From assembly GCA_005239795.1 (NCBI GenBank), contig SBBH01000148.1, positions 1 to 33,880 on the forward strand: a stretch of DNA of 33,880 nt, read 5' to 3'. This document shows positions 7,778 to 19,439 of the stretch, one piece after another (position 1 is the stretch's first letter; the number at the start of each line of letters is the position of its first letter). Source of the stretch: Planctomycetales bacterium. Lineage in GTDB: Bacteria > Planctomycetota > SBBH01. The notes beneath the pieces were generated by a model. That model saw only the letters and a list, made by a program, of their open reading frames with translations, was not told the DNA's origin and did no database searches. The translations under genes were made by a program, and so were the position numbers.

Positions 7778-9625
7778 CTACGCTCCAACCGCTTTGCCTA
7801 CGGCGAGGGTCCGCTGGGGCGGTTGGGGTTTGGAGGGCATGCCCCACAGGAAACCCTGGCCGTACCGGACGCCCAGCTTGCGCAGGGTTGCCAGGTCACC
7901 GGCGGTCTCGATCCCTTCCGCGATCACCTCGGCCCCCAGCGCCTGGGCCATCTTGAGGAGGCGCGACAGGGAGCGGCGCCGGCCGGCATCCTGGGAGATG
8001 CCGTCGATGCATTTCCGATCGATCTTGACGATTTCAGGCTCCAAAAGGATGAGGCTCTCCAGGCAGCTGTGGCCGAAGCCGACGTCGTCCATGGCGATGA
8101 GCATCCCGGCCTGCCTGAAGGCTTGGACCGGGCCCACGAGGTAGGAAGGCTCCCCGACGATCTGCTCTTGGCTGATCTCGATGCAATGGTTTTTCCGGGC
8201 TCCGGAGGGAAGGGACTTGAGGAGGCTCGAGACGGGGATTTCACTCGCCGTCACGGGGAACAGATTGATGTGCCTGCGCATCTGGGGGGCCAACGTCGCC
8301 GCGGCCGCCAGACAGGCGTTGAAGCATTGCCGGTCGACCTGTGTGAGGAGGCGCACCTCCTGGGAAAGCCGGAAGAATTCCGACGGCATCGGGAAGGAGG
8401 GGTCATCAGCGCGGCTCAGGATCTCGTATCCGATGATCCGTTCCTCTTCCAGCGCATAGATTGGGTGGAAGACGGGATCGATCTTGGCCTTCTTGCGGAT
8501 CCGCTTGCGGATCGTCGTGTGGAAGTGAATGTCAGGAACCCTCTCCGGCGCCTGTTCCCACGCGCAGACGATGCGGTTCTTGCCGGCGCATTTGCTTTGG
8601 TGCAGGGCGAAGTGGGCTTCGGCCAGGAGCTCGTCGACCGAAAAGACATCGGGGTCGACGGCCACGATGCCGAGACTGACCGTAATGTGCAGGCGATCTG
8701 TGCCATGGGCAATGGGAGGAGATGAGACCATCAGGCGGATTTTTTCCGCAACCTCGCACGCCTCCGCAGGCTTTGTCTGAGGCAGGAAGATGAGAAACTC
8801 GTCGCCGCCGACGCGGCCGGCGTAGTCGGTCGACCGGATTGCAGCCTTCAGGCGTTGGCTCGTCTCTTTCAAGACGAGGTCCCCGACGCCATATCCGAAT
8901 CGGTCGTTGATCTCCTTGAAATCGTCGAGGTCCGCCAGGAGGACGAGGAGGTTCGCCCCACCTCGCTGGAGCCAGTGGATCTCGTGCGAAAGGATCTGCT
9001 GAAGCCCCTGCCGGTTGAAGAGCTCCGTCAGGGGATCGAGGAGAATGAGGTGACTCAAATTCTTGTTGGCCGCTTGGATTTGTCGGGCGGCTTCGGCGAG
9101 TGCCGCTTCGGCTTTCTTGCGTTCGGTGATGTCATGGATGATCGCCGTCGTCATCCGCAGGCTTCCCAGGTGCATGACGTTCAAGGAGACCCGGACCGGG
9201 AACGTCGAACCGTCCTTGCGGCACCCCTCCGACTCGAAATGAGCCACGGCCTCGGCGTCAGGCGGTGCCGTCACCGGAGCGTCCCGATTCCCTAGGAAGG
9301 GAATCAGTTGGTCGATCTTAAGGCCCGTGAACTCGAAGGGGGGATAGCCGAAGAGGCGCGCCGCCGCGGGGTTTGCGGTCTCGATGATGCCGTTCTCGTC
9401 GGCCGTGAGGATGGCGTTGGGGGCGCTTTTCAGGATCGTGTCGATGCGGATTTTGGCGTAGGCCAGATCCTGGGCGTTCGCGCGCGCTTCGGCAGTTCCG
9501 GCGTCAATCTTCTGTTCAAGTGTTTCGTTGAGGGTTTTGAGCCTCTCCTCGGCTTTTTGGCGTTTGCGGATTTCTTCCTGCAGTCGGCGGATTGTCAGTT
9601 CCAGATTGCGCCTGGTGTCGGACAT
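7778..9625 (-). CDS. PAS-GGDEF-EAL diguanylate cyclase/phosphodiesterase
   Basis: N-terminal coiled coil, PAS (..DITERK), RSTD I-site + GGDEF, EIL/DDVGFG/AEGIE EAL motifs; SD AGGAGG upstream. Confidence 0.9.
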   Translation of the reverse strand: MSDTRRNLELTIRRLQEEIRKRQKAEERLKTLNETLEQKIDAGTAEARANAQDLAYAKIRIDTILKSAPNAILTADENGIIETANPAAARLFGYPPFEFTGLKIDQLIPFLGNRDAPVTAPPDAEAVAHFESEGCRKDGSTFPVRVSLNVMHLGSLRMTTAIIHDITERKKAEAALAEAARQIQAANKNLSHLILLDPLTELFNRQGLQQILSHEIHWLQRGGANLLVLLADLDDFKEINDRFGYGVGDLVLKETSQRLKAAIRSTDYAGRVGGDEFLIFLPQTKPAEACEVAEKIRLMVSSPPIAHGTDRLHITVSLGIVAVDPDVFSVDELLAEAHFALHQSKCAGKNRIVCAWEQAPERVPDIHFHTTIRKRIRKKAKIDPVFHPIYALEEERIIGYEILSRADDPSFPMPSEFFRLSQEVRLLTQVDRQCFNACLAAAATLAPQMRRHINLFPVTASEIPVSSLLKSLPSGARKNHCIEISQEQIVGEPSYLVGPVQAFRQAGMLIAMDDVGFGHSCLESLILLEPEIVKIDRKCIDGISQDAGRRRSLSRLLKMAQALGAEVIAEGIETAGDLATLRKLGVRYGQGFLWGMPSKPQPPQRTLAVGKAVGA

Positions 9626-9744
9626 CGCTCCCCCTCCTGTCCTTTCACTGGCCGCCTTTTGCGCGCAACTGACAGACGACTACACGATATCCCCATTTAA
9701 GGGGGAGCGCAAATTCCATTCCTCTTCCAATGGGTCTGGACGAA

Positions 9745-11421
9745 TCAGAGGGTCATCTCATCAGCGGGAAGGGGAGGGCTGATCAAGAATCCCTGCACGG
9801 CGTCGCATCCGTAGGATTTGAGCTTTTTCAAGACCTCGTTTTTCTCGACCCCTTCGGCGATGACATGGAGGGAGAGGGCGTGCGCCAAGTCGATTGTCGA
9901 TTTCACGATGAGACGGGCCTGCTCCTGGTTGTCCATGTCGATCACGAAGGATTTGTCGATCTTGAGGGCGCTCACGGGGAGCTTTTTGAGATGGGACATG
10001 GAGGAGAACCCCGTGCCGAAGTCGTCAATCGTGAATTTTAACCCCATCTCGTGCAGGTTCTGGAAGACCTGCTGGACTTCCGGCGATTCGGTCAGGAAGA
10101 AGTTCTCCGTAATCTCCAGGCTCAGGTCGCCTGCCGACATCCCGTACACCTGGAGGATTTCAGCGATCTCACGGGGGAGATCCGCGTCCTCGAGGTTCCG
10201 CGAAGAGAGGTTCACAGCAACGGGAAATTTGCACCCCTGCCTTCGCCAGACACTCAACTGGTCCATCGCCTGCCGGAGCACATTTTGCGTGAGCGGCTTG
10301 ATGAGTCCCGAACGCTCTGCGAGCGTCACGAACTGGTCGGGGGAAAGGATCCCCCTCTGAGGGTGGTGCCAGCGGACCAGGGCCTCCATGCCGCAGAGCA
10401 GGCCCGTGCGCAGGTCCACCTGGGGTTGGTAGACCAGGAAAAATTCCTGGCGGTCGACCGCCCTGCGTAGGTCAGCCAGGAGTGCAAGGCGGTTCGGGTT
10501 GTACTGGTCCTTTTCCGGGGAGTAGAAAGCGTAATTGTGGAGGCTTCGCTTGGCGACATACATGGCGACATCGGCATGCCGGAGCAGAGTGTCGGCGTCT
10601 GATCCGTGCTCGGGGTGGAGGGCGATGCCGATCGACGCCCCGGAGGCCAGTGACAGGTCGTCTATAAGAAAGGGATCCTCGAGGGATTTCAGGATCTTCT
10701 TCGCGACCGTCTTAGAGACCTCGGCGTCGGCAGTGGGGAGGAGCAGGGCGAATTCATCCCCCCCCAGGCGGGCCAGGATGTCCCCCGGCTCAAGAGCCCT
10801 TTGGATGCGCCGCCCCACAAGCTGGAGCAAGGAGTCCCCACGGACGTGCCCCAGTGTGTCGTTGACCTCCTTGAAGCGGTCAAGGTCGATCAAGAGAAGC
10901 GCCAGGGGGCGCTGGCCCCGTCCCTCCGTATGCAAGAGCTCTTGCACGCGGGTCCGCAGAAGGGTCCGGTTGGGGAGATCCGTGAGCACGTCGTGGTAAG
11001 CCAGATGAAGGATCGTGTCCTCGGCGCGCTTGCGCTCCCGGCGCTCAGCCGCCTCGCGCAGTTCTCGATGGATCACGGGGAGGAGCCGGGCCGTCTGCCC
11101 CTTCATGATATAGTCGTGCGCGCCCGCCTTCATGGCCATTACGGCGCTGGCCTCGCCAATCGAGCCGCAGACAATGATGAAGGGGATGTCATGTTTCGTT
11201 TCCCGAAGGATTGCAAGAGCTTTCAGGACGTCGAATCTGGGCATCGTGTAATCCGAGATCACGAGGTCCCACGGCCCTCGGCTCAGGGCTTCCCGCATCG
11301 CCTCGGCCGTGTCGACGCGGTCATGGACCGGCTCGTACTCCCCGCGTTTCAAGTCCCGCAGGAGGAGTTCGGTATCCTCGACGGAATCCTCGACCACAAG
11401 GACTCGGAGGGGTTGGGGCAT
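9745..11421 (-). CDS. REC-GGDEF-EAL response regulator
   Basis: VLVVEDS..ISDYTMP receiver; RLGGDEF; EALVRW, DDFGTG, AEGVE, QGF. Confidence 0.93.
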   Translation of the reverse strand: MPQPLRVLVVEDSVEDTELLLRDLKRGEYEPVHDRVDTAEAMREALSRGPWDLVISDYTMPRFDVLKALAILRETKHDIPFIIVCGSIGEASAVMAMKAGAHDYIMKGQTARLLPVIHRELREAAERRERKRAEDTILHLAYHDVLTDLPNRTLLRTRVQELLHTEGRGQRPLALLLIDLDRFKEVNDTLGHVRGDSLLQLVGRRIQRALEPGDILARLGGDEFALLLPTADAEVSKTVAKKILKSLEDPFLIDDLSLASGASIGIALHPEHGSDADTLLRHADVAMYVAKRSLHNYAFYSPEKDQYNPNRLALLADLRRAVDRQEFFLVYQPQVDLRTGLLCGMEALVRWHHPQRGILSPDQFVTLAERSGLIKPLTQNVLRQAMDQLSVWRRQGCKFPVAVNLSSRNLEDADLPREIAEILQVYGMSAGDLSLEITENFFLTESPEVQQVFQNLHEMGLKFTIDDFGTGFSSMSHLKKLPVSALKIDKSFVIDMDNQEQARLIVKSTIDLAHALSLHVIAEGVEKNEVLKKLKSYGCDAVQGFLISPPLPADEMTL

Positions 11422-11448
11422 GGTCCTTATTATAGCTCCTCTTGCAAC

Positions 11449-11910
11449 CTATGGGGTTTGGGGGCCAAGCGGCGGGGGTTCGTTTAAGACCAACCAGTAG
11501 AGTCCCATCTGCTCCACCGCCTGGGAAAATTGCTCGAAATCCACGGGCTTGCGGATGTAGCTGTTGGCCCCGTTGGTATAGCTTTCGCCGATGTCCTGCT
11601 CCTCGTTGGAGGAGGTGAGGACGACAACGGGGAGGAGCTTCGTGCGGGGGGCCTCCCGGATCCGTTTCAAGACCTCCAGGCCGCTCACCTTGGGGAGTTT
11701 AAGGTCCAGGAGGACAAGCTGAGGCATGGGGGCCGTTTTGCGGTCGGCGAAGGAGCCTTTTCCGAAGAGGTAGTCGAGCGCCTCGGCCCCGTCGCGGGCC
11801 ACGTGCACGGTGTTGGCGACGCGATGCTTGGAAAGCGCCCGCAACGTGAGGTCCTCGTCGTCGCGGTTGTCCTCCACGAGGAGGATGGTTTTGGGGGACG
11901 TTTTCTTCAT
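11449..11910 (-). CDS. Single-domain response regulator (Rcp1/CphA-partner type)
   Basis: ILLVEDN, LLDLKLP, LTSS, GANSYIRKPVDF; ATG 11910 overlaps the kinase stop. Confidence 0.92.
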   Translation of the reverse strand: MKKTSPKTILLVEDNRDDEDLTLRALSKHRVANTVHVARDGAEALDYLFGKGSFADRKTAPMPQLVLLDLKLPKVSGLEVLKRIREAPRTKLLPVVVLTSSNEEQDIGESYTNGANSYIRKPVDFEQFSQAVEQMGLYWLVLNEPPPLGPQTP

Positions 11911-14525
11911 GCGCTCTCGCCTCCTTCGCGCGGCGCCTTGGGGAGTGTGAAATAGAAGGTGGTTCCGCTCCCTGTTTGCGATTCCGCCCAGACGCGGCCG
12001 CCGTGGCGATGGATCACGCGTTGGACGCTCGCCAGGCCGATCCCGTTCCCTTCGAACTCCGCCGGGTTGTGCAGGCGCTGAAAGACGCCGAAGAGCTTGT
12101 CCGCGTAGGCCATGTCGAACCCCACCCCATTGTCCCGGACGAAAAATATTTTTTCGCCCTCTTGAAGCACCATACCACATGCGATCTTCGCCGGTGAAGA
12201 GTGCCGGCTGAATTTCCAGGCATTGCCGATCAGGTTTTCAAAGAGGGTGCGTAGAAGCGAGAGGTCCCCTTCGGCGGTCATGCCGGGGGTGATCTCCCAC
12301 GCCACGCGGCGCTTCGGCTCCCTTTCTTCGAGTTCCTTGGCCGTCGATTCGGCGATCGCGCTCAAGTCGACCGTCTCGCGCCGTATCGGGGCCCGGGCCA
12401 GGCGTGAGAGGTTGAGGACGTCGTCGATCAAGCGGCCCATCCGCTGGCTGGCTGCCCGGACGCGCTGTAGATATTCCTGTCCCTTGGCGTCCAATTTCCC
12501 GCTGTAGTCCTCCAGGAGCGCCTGAGAGAATCCGTCAATCCCGCGCAGGGGGGCCCTAAGGTCGTGCGAAATGGAATAGCTGAACGATTCGAGCTCCTTG
12601 ACGGCGGCCTGGAGCGATTGCGTGCGTTCCGCCACGCGCTGCTCCAGGGAGGCGTTGACGCGGCGGATCTCCTCCTCCGATTTTTTGCGCTCGGTGATGT
12701 CGACGATAGAAGCGAGAATGCATAGCCCCTCGGGGGTCTCGATGGGGTTGAGGTCGATCTCGACGGGGATCTCTCGACCGTCTTTGTGCAGGCCGAAGAG
12801 GTCCCGGCCGGCTCCCATGGGCCGCGCCTGGGGGGCGGCGAAGAAGGCGTTGCGGTGGCCCGGATGCGCCTCGCGGAAGCGCGCCGGGACGAGATCCTCG
12901 ACGGGGCGGCCGATGAGTCCTTTCCGGGTCCACCCGAACAGCTTTTCCGTTTGATTGTTGACGAGCATGATCCGTCCCTTGCGGTCGACCAGGATCATGG
13001 CTGTCGGCGCCCCTTCGAGCGCCAGGCGGAACCGTTCCTCGGCCTTCTTGCGCTCGGTGATGTCGCGCACAAAGGCGTTAAAGGTCGTTTCCCCCCTGAA
13101 CGTGACGGGGGAGACGGAGAGCTCCACCAGGAATTCGCTTCCGTCGCGCCGGAGGGCTTCGATCTCGATCCGCTTGTTAAGGATGGGGCCCTCCCCCGTG
13201 GCGAGGAAATGGGCCAGCCCCCGGGCGTGCGCCTCCCGGTAACGCGCCGGCATGATGAGGTCGGCCAGGAGGGATCCGATCGCCTTCTCAGCGGGCCATC
13301 CGAAGATCTTCTCCGCCTGGGAGTTCCATCCGATGATCGTCCCGCGGGCATCCATGGCGATGACGGCGTCGATGGCGTTCTCCAGGATCAACCACATCTT
13401 CTCCTCGCTTTCCCGGAGCTCCTTTTCGGTCTGCTTTTGGGTCGCTTGCGTCAGTTCCAGGGATGCCGCCATGTCGTCGAAGGAACGGGCCAGTTCGCCG
13501 ATCTCGCCGCCGCCGACGCGTGTCCCGGACCGGGTGGTCAGATCCCCTTTCGCGATCCGTTGGATGGCCGCCAGGAGTATTTTGACAGGGCGCAACACCA
13601 GGAATTCGCTGCCGAGCCAAGCGGCGGCTATGATCAGGATCGTGACGATTGCCAGGGCCGACAGAGAGCGTTCGACGATCCTGTCGACGGGGGCGTAGGC
13701 GATCGACAGGGGAACGCCGACGGCGAGCCTCATGCCCGTCGCTTTCCCATCGGCCTCTCCCACGGAGAGGAAGGCGTACAGCCGTTTGACGCCGTCGAGC
13801 CCTTCGACTTCGCCGGTTCCATCGCGGATGGTCTGGGCCGCTTCGACCAAGGGGTGGCTGGGATGAAGTCTGCCGGTCCATTCCGGGAGAACGGGGCGGC
13901 GCGCCAGGACCGTCCCCTGGGAGTCGAAGAAGACGATGACGGTTCCCTCGGGCAACTCGATCCCTTCCAGAAACGTCTGGAGGAATTCGAGATTCATCGA
14001 GGCCCAGATCACCTGTTCCAACTTTCCGTCCTCGGTGTAGACGGGATAGGCGAAGCTGACCGTCGGCTTTTCGGTGACGTGGTCGATCTGGTAATTCCCC
14101 ATGGAAAACCGCCGGGTTTCCAAGGCGCGTTGGAACCACGACTGGTCCGAGAAATTGGAGACTTCCGTGGGAGCGATGGCGCTTGCGAGGAGATCTCCGT
14201 TCGGTTTGACCATCCCTAAATTTGCGTGACGGGGGTTCTGTTTGAGCACTTCGGTCAGGACGTCATTGGTGGTCTCGATGTCGCGGCGGCGCACCATCGG
14301 GAGTTTCGAAAGGGCGATGAGCAGTTGCTCTGTTCCCTGGATCACCTCGGTCTGTTGGGCGGAGGTCAAGCGGGCGATGTCGAGGATTTGGGTGTAGGCC
14401 TCGCGCTTGGCGCTTTGGCGCAGTTCCACCGCGGCGTAGCCGATGAGCGTCAACGGGGCAATGGTTGCCAACAGGATGAGGATCAGGAGGCGGCTACGGA
14501 AACTGCCGAGGGCCAGAGGCATCAT
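11907..14525 (-). CDS. Sensor histidine kinase (Cache-HAMP-PAS-PAS-HisKA-HATPase)
   Basis: Two TM segments flanking a Cache-like domain, HAMP (EIGELARSFDDM), two PAS, SHDLRAPLR H-box, N/G1/F/G2 boxes. Confidence 0.93.
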   Translation of the reverse strand: MMPLALGSFRSRLLILILLATIAPLTLIGYAAVELRQSAKREAYTQILDIARLTSAQQTEVIQGTEQLLIALSKLPMVRRRDIETTNDVLTEVLKQNPRHANLGMVKPNGDLLASAIAPTEVSNFSDQSWFQRALETRRFSMGNYQIDHVTEKPTVSFAYPVYTEDGKLEQVIWASMNLEFLQTFLEGIELPEGTVIVFFDSQGTVLARRPVLPEWTGRLHPSHPLVEAAQTIRDGTGEVEGLDGVKRLYAFLSVGEADGKATGMRLAVGVPLSIAYAPVDRIVERSLSALAIVTILIIAAAWLGSEFLVLRPVKILLAAIQRIAKGDLTTRSGTRVGGGEIGELARSFDDMAASLELTQATQKQTEKELRESEEKMWLILENAIDAVIAMDARGTIIGWNSQAEKIFGWPAEKAIGSLLADLIMPARYREAHARGLAHFLATGEGPILNKRIEIEALRRDGSEFLVELSVSPVTFRGETTFNAFVRDITERKKAEERFRLALEGAPTAMILVDRKGRIMLVNNQTEKLFGWTRKGLIGRPVEDLVPARFREAHPGHRNAFFAAPQARPMGAGRDLFGLHKDGREIPVEIDLNPIETPEGLCILASIVDITERKKSEEEIRRVNASLEQRVAERTQSLQAAVKELESFSYSISHDLRAPLRGIDGFSQALLEDYSGKLDAKGQEYLQRVRAASQRMGRLIDDVLNLSRLARAPIRRETVDLSAIAESTAKELEEREPKRRVAWEITPGMTAEGDLSLLRTLFENLIGNAWKFSRHSSPAKIACGMVLQEGEKIFFVRDNGVGFDMAYADKLFGVFQRLHNPAEFEGNGIGLASVQRVIHRHGGRVWAESQTGSGTTFYFTLPKAPREGGESA

Positions 14526-14600
14526 CCGAGTGTTTTTATTATAGTCATCGCACCCCCATGCCGCAGAGCAGGAAGTTGCGCTGGAGGCCCAGACGGTGGC

Positions 14601-14816
14601 TCAGCGCCAGAGTTGCTCGTAGTCGGGGGAGGGGCCTTCGCCGGCCTCTTTTCGGGCTTTCACCGCCTCGAGAACCCGGCGCTTTCCGGCCGCCTCAAAA
14701 AGCGTCCAGTTGGCGATCTCTTCCGTTGTGCGCAGGCACCCGATGCAGAGCCCCGTGTCGCGGGCGACGGCGCAAACGCCAATGCAAGGAGAGGGGGGAT
14801 CAGAGGGGGCTTGCAC
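14601..14816 (-). CDS. DUF1289 (YdhL-like) small Cys-rich protein
   Basis: SPCIGVC...GLCIGCLRTTEEIANW family signature; TATAAT (14823-14828, minus) 6 nt before GTG. Confidence 0.88.
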   Translation of the reverse strand: MQAPSDPPSPCIGVCAVARDTGLCIGCLRTTEEIANWTLFEAAGKRRVLEAVKARKEAGEGPSPDYEQLWR

Positions 14817-14853
14817 GGAATGATTATAAATGTCGAGGCGGGGGCCGAAAAGG

Positions 14854-14882
14854 TTGCTAAACTCTGACGTTGACGTTAGGAT
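14854..14882 (+). promoter_or_regulatory. Promoter TTGCTA-17-TAGGAT with overlapping MerR-type palindrome
   Basis: -35 at 14854-14859 and -10 at 14877-14882, 7 nt before ATG 14890; CTGACGT-TG-ACGTTAG dyad at 14864-14879. Confidence 0.6.
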
Positions 14883-14889
14883 TACAGTT

Positions 14890-15381
14890 ATGGTTCAGAA
14901 CCTTCAGGATAAAAGGCTTCTCAAGATCGGCGATCTTGCCCGGGAGTCCGACAAGACCGTCCGGGCGCTCCGTTATTACGAGGAGCTGGGGCTCCTGGAG
15001 CCGGCGGACCATACCAAGGGAGGGTTTCGGCTTTACCATCCCGACGAGGTCAAGCGGGTCCATCTCATCGGGCAATTGCAGGAGCTCGGGTTCTCGCTCG
15101 ACAAGATTCAGGAGATCGTCGCCGCCTGGCGCAGGGGGCGTAAGGGGGAGGATGTGGCGCACCCTCTTCGCGCTTTCTTCGAAGGGGGGCTCGGCGATAT
15201 CCGCCGCAAGATCGCCCGGCTCCGGAAGATGGAAGCCGACATGCTCGAGGCTCTGCGGTTCCTAACCGCCTGTCGATCTTGTCAGGACGCCCCCGCGCGG
15301 GACCTTTGCTCGGGGTGCGAAAAGGGGGACCACCACGCGCAGTTGCCGTTCCTGATGGACGCGCTGGCCAGGGGGAAGTGA
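14890..15381 (+). CDS. MerR-family transcriptional regulator with C-terminal CxxC-x8-CxxC
   Basis: LKIGDLARESDKTVRALRYYEELGLL..GGFRLY HTH; LGFSLDKI; tail CRSCQDAPARDLCSGC. Start inferred at ATG 14890. Confidence 0.88.
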   Translation: MVQNLQDKRLLKIGDLARESDKTVRALRYYEELGLLEPADHTKGGFRLYHPDEVKRVHLIGQLQELGFSLDKIQEIVAAWRRGRKGEDVAHPLRAFFEGGLGDIRRKIARLRKMEADMLEALRFLTACRSCQDAPARDLCSGCEKGDHHAQLPFLMDALARGK

Positions 15382-15390
15382 GAGGGAGCC

Positions 15391-16839
15391 ATGGCTGAAA
15401 CAAACGCAGGGATCCGCCGGATTACGGAGCAGGAATATAAATACGGGTTCGTTTCGGCGATTGAGACCGACACCATCCCGCGGGGTTTGAGCGAGGAGGT
15501 GATCCGCCTCATCTCGGCCAAGAAAAAAGAGCCCCCTTTCATGCTGGAGTGGCGCCTGAAGGCGTACCGCCACTGGCTTACAATGAAGGAGCCGGCCTGG
15601 CAGAACATCCATTACGCCCCGATCGACTACCAGGAGATGATCTACTACGCGGCGCCGAAGTCCCAAAAGGACCGCCCCAAGAGCCTGGACGAGATCGATC
15701 CCGAGGTGAGGAAGACTTTTGACAAGCTGGGGATCCCCTTGAAGGAGCAGGAGGTCCTGGCAGGGGTCGCGGTGGACGCTGTGATCGACTCGGTCTCGGT
15801 CGCAACCACCTTTAAGGAGAATCTCGGGAAGCTCGGCGTCATCTTCTGCTCGTTTTCGGAAGCGGTCGAGAACCACCCCGATCTCGTCAAGAAATACCTG
15901 GGCTCCGTCGTCCCGTACACGGACAATTTTTTCGCGACCCTGAATTCCGCTGTCTTCAGCGACGGCTCGTTCGCCTACATCCCCAAGGGGGTGCGCTGTC
16001 CGATGGAGCTGTCGACCTATTTCCGCATCAACGCGGCGGACACGGGGCAATTCGAGCGCACGCTCATCGTCGCCGATGAAGGGAGCACGGTCAGCTATCT
16101 CGAGGGATGCACCGCCCCCAAGCGGGACACCAACCAGCTCCATGCGGCGGTGGTGGAGCTGGTGGCCCTGGACAACGCCACAATCAAGTACTCGACCGTC
16201 CAGAACTGGTACCCCGGCGACAAGGACGGCAAGGGGGGGATTTACAACTTCGTCACCAAACGCGGCAAGTGCGCGGGGAGGAACTCCAAGATCTCCTGGA
16301 CACAAGTGGAAACCGGCTCGGCCATCACCTGGAAGTATCCGTCCTGCATCCTGCAGGGGGACGATTCCACGGGGGAGTTCTACTCGGTGGCGGTCACCAA
16401 CAACCGCCAGCAGGCCGACACCGGGACCAAGATGATCCACATCGGAAAGAACACGAAGAGCACCATCATTTCAAAGGGGATCTCGGCCGGCCATGGCCAG
16501 AACACCTACCGGGGGCTCGTCAAGATTTTGAAAGGGGCGACGCGCGCACGCAACTATTCGCAGTGCGATTCGCTCCTCATGGGAGACACCTGCGGCGCGC
16601 ACACCTTCCCTTACATGGAGGTCAAGAACGCCACGGCGCAGGTCGAGCACGAGGCGACCACCGCCAAGATCGGCGAGGATCAGATCTTCTACTGCCGCCA
16701 GCGGGGCCTCTCGGCGGAGGACGCCGTGAACATGATCGTGAACGGTTTTTGCAAGGAGGTTTTCCGGGAGCTCCCGATGGAATTCGCGGTGGAAGCCCAG
16801 AAGCTCTTGAGCGTGAGCTTGGAAGGGAGCGTGGGGTAA
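15391..16839 (+). CDS. sufB: Fe-S cluster assembly protein SufB
   Basis: [34 protein letters not shown]-terminal LEGSVG. Confidence 0.98.
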   Translation: MAETNAGIRRITEQEYKYGFVSAIETDTIPRGLSEEVIRLISAKKKEPPFMLEWRLKAYRHWLTMKEPAWQNIHYAPIDYQEMIYYAAPKSQKDRPKSLDEIDPEVRKTFDKLGIPLKEQEVLAGVAVDAVIDSVSVATTFKENLGKLGVIFCSFSEAVENHPDLVKKYLGSVVPYTDNFFATLNSAVFSDGSFAYIPKGVRCPMELSTYFRINAADTGQFERTLIVADEGSTVSYLEGCTAPKRDTNQLHAAVVELVALDNATIKYSTVQNWYPGDKDGKGGIYNFVTKRGKCAGRNSKISWTQVETGSAITWKYPSCILQGDDSTGEFYSVAVTNNRQQADTGTKMIHIGKNTKSTIISKGISAGHGQNTYRGLVKILKGATRARNYSQCDSLLMGDTCGAHTFPYMEVKNATAQVEHEATTAKIGEDQIFYCRQRGLSAEDAVNMIVNGFCKEVFRELPMEFAVEAQKLLSVSLEGSVG

Positions 16840-16840
16840 G

Positions 16841-17631
<791 letters not shown>

Positions 17632-17635
<4 letters not shown>

Positions 17636-18993
17636 TCCGGATGGTGTCCCGGGTCGAGGCGCCTGATTACCAGGCGGATTTCGCGCGGCTTGAAAAGACG
17701 CTCCCGGGCGGCTCGCGCTTGGTCCAGCTTCGCCGCGCAGCGTTCGAACGCTTCGCGTCGACGGGGTTCCCTTCCGTGCGCGACGAGGCCTGGCGCTTCA
17801 CGAATGTTGCGGCGATCGCGGGGACCCCCTTCCAGCCGGCCGTCCCCGGAGCCGAGGGATCGGTCTCGCGGCGGGATCTGGCAGAAGTCCTTCTCGGGAC
17901 CGGCGTGGAACTCGTCTTCGTGAACGGTTTTTTCGCGCCGGCGCTTTCTTCGTCGCGTCTTCCAGCCGGGGTCGCGGCGGGAAATTTTGCCGCGAGCCCC
18001 GATCGCCTCAATCCTCTCGAGGAAAGCCTGGGAACGGTCTTTCAAGTGCCAGAGACGCCGTTTGCGGCCTTGAACATGGCATTCTTCGCCGATGGCGCCT
18101 GGGTCCGTATCGGCCCCAAAGCGGTTGTGAAGGAGCCGATCCATCTGGTGTTCGTTTCCTTAACGGGGCCGGGACCGGATCCGCGTCCCCTGGCAATCCA
18201 TCCCCGGACATTCCTCCTGGTGGAGGAGGGGGGTCAGGCGCAGGTCGTCTCGAGCCACATCGGGCTTCCCAGCCCGGCAGGAGAAGCGGAAGGCCCCACG
18301 CGCCTTGTGAACGCCGCGGTCGAGATTTCGCTTTCAGAAAGTGCTGTTTTCACGCATACGCTCCTTCAGCAGGAGGGGGCGGGCGCTTTCCATGTTTCCT
18401 GCTGCGGTGCGCGCCTGGCCCGTGGCGCCCAATTCACCTCCCGCGTCGCGTCGGTCGATTCCCGCTTCGTTCGGAACGATCTATCGGTCCTCCTGGGCGG
18501 CGAGGGGGCGGGATGCACCTTGGACGGCCTCTTCCTGACGCGGCTTTCTGAGCACGTCGACAACCATACGTCGATCGACCACGCGGCGCCGCACACCTCA
18601 AGCCGCGAACTCTACAAGGGGGTTCTGGACGGCTCCTCCACGGGCGTCTTCAACGGCCGCATCACCGTGCGCCCCGGCGCCCAGAAGACGGACGCCCGCC
18701 AGGCGAGCCGGAACCTGCTCCTCTCGGAAGAGGCGCTCGTCAGCACCAATCCCCAGCTCCAGATCGACGCCGACGACGTGAAATGCTCCCACGGCGCGAC
18801 GGTGGGGCAGCTCGACGAGGAAGCGGTATTCTACTTGCGCTCGCGCGGGATCGGCCTCGCCGAGGCGCGCAATCTCGTGATCCTCGCCTTCGCCGAAGAG
18901 GTGATCGGGCGGATCGAGCCGGCGCCGCTTCGCGCGCGATTGGAGGAGACCCTGAAAAGCCATCTGCCGGCCGCAACGGGAGCACTCGCATGA
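17632..18993 (+). CDS. sufD: Fe-S cluster assembly protein SufD
   Basis: [38 protein letters not shown]. Confidence 0.95.
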
Positions 18994-19439
18994 GCGACCT
19001 GCGCGAGCTCTACCAGGAGACGATCCTAGACCACAGCCGCAATCCCCGCAACTTCCGCAAGCTCGAAGGGGCCCGGAAGGCCGAGGGGTTCAACCCTCTC
19101 TGTGGCGACAAGGTGGACGTCTACGTGACTCTCAGCGCCGACGGCGCCGCGGTGAAGGAGATCGCCTTCCAGGGGGCCGGATGCGCCATTTCGACGGCGT
19201 CGGCTTCCGTCATGACGGAGGCCCTGCGGGGAAAGCCGCGCGCCGAGGCGGATCGTCTCTTTGCGGAGTTTCACGGGATGCTGACGGGAAAGGGCGCGCC
19301 CGACCCGGAAGCGCTGGGGAAGCTCGCGGTTTTCGCGCGCGTCTCTGACTTCCCGATGCGCGTCAAATGCGCGACCTTGGCCTGGCACACGTTCCAGGCG
19401 GCGCTTAAAGGAGACAAGGGGGCCGTGACCACGGAGTGA
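18990..19439 (+). CDS. sufU: SUF system NifU-like sulfur-transfer/scaffold protein
   Basis: [36 protein letters not shown]; ATG 18990 overlaps the sufD stop. Confidence 0.95.
   Translation: MSDLRELYQETILDHSRNPRNFRKLEGARKAEGFNPLCGDKVDVYVTLSADGAAVKEIAFQGAGCAISTASASVMTEALRGKPRAEADRLFAEFHGMLTGKGAPDPEALGKLAVFARVSDFPMRVKCATLAWHTFQAALKGDKGAVTTE

Noticed and set aside
12680-13065. Repeated TTGCGCTCGGTGATGTCG in the kinase (similar at ~9117)
   Set aside because: Encodes the conserved PAS C-terminal DITERK motif; ordinary domain repetition.
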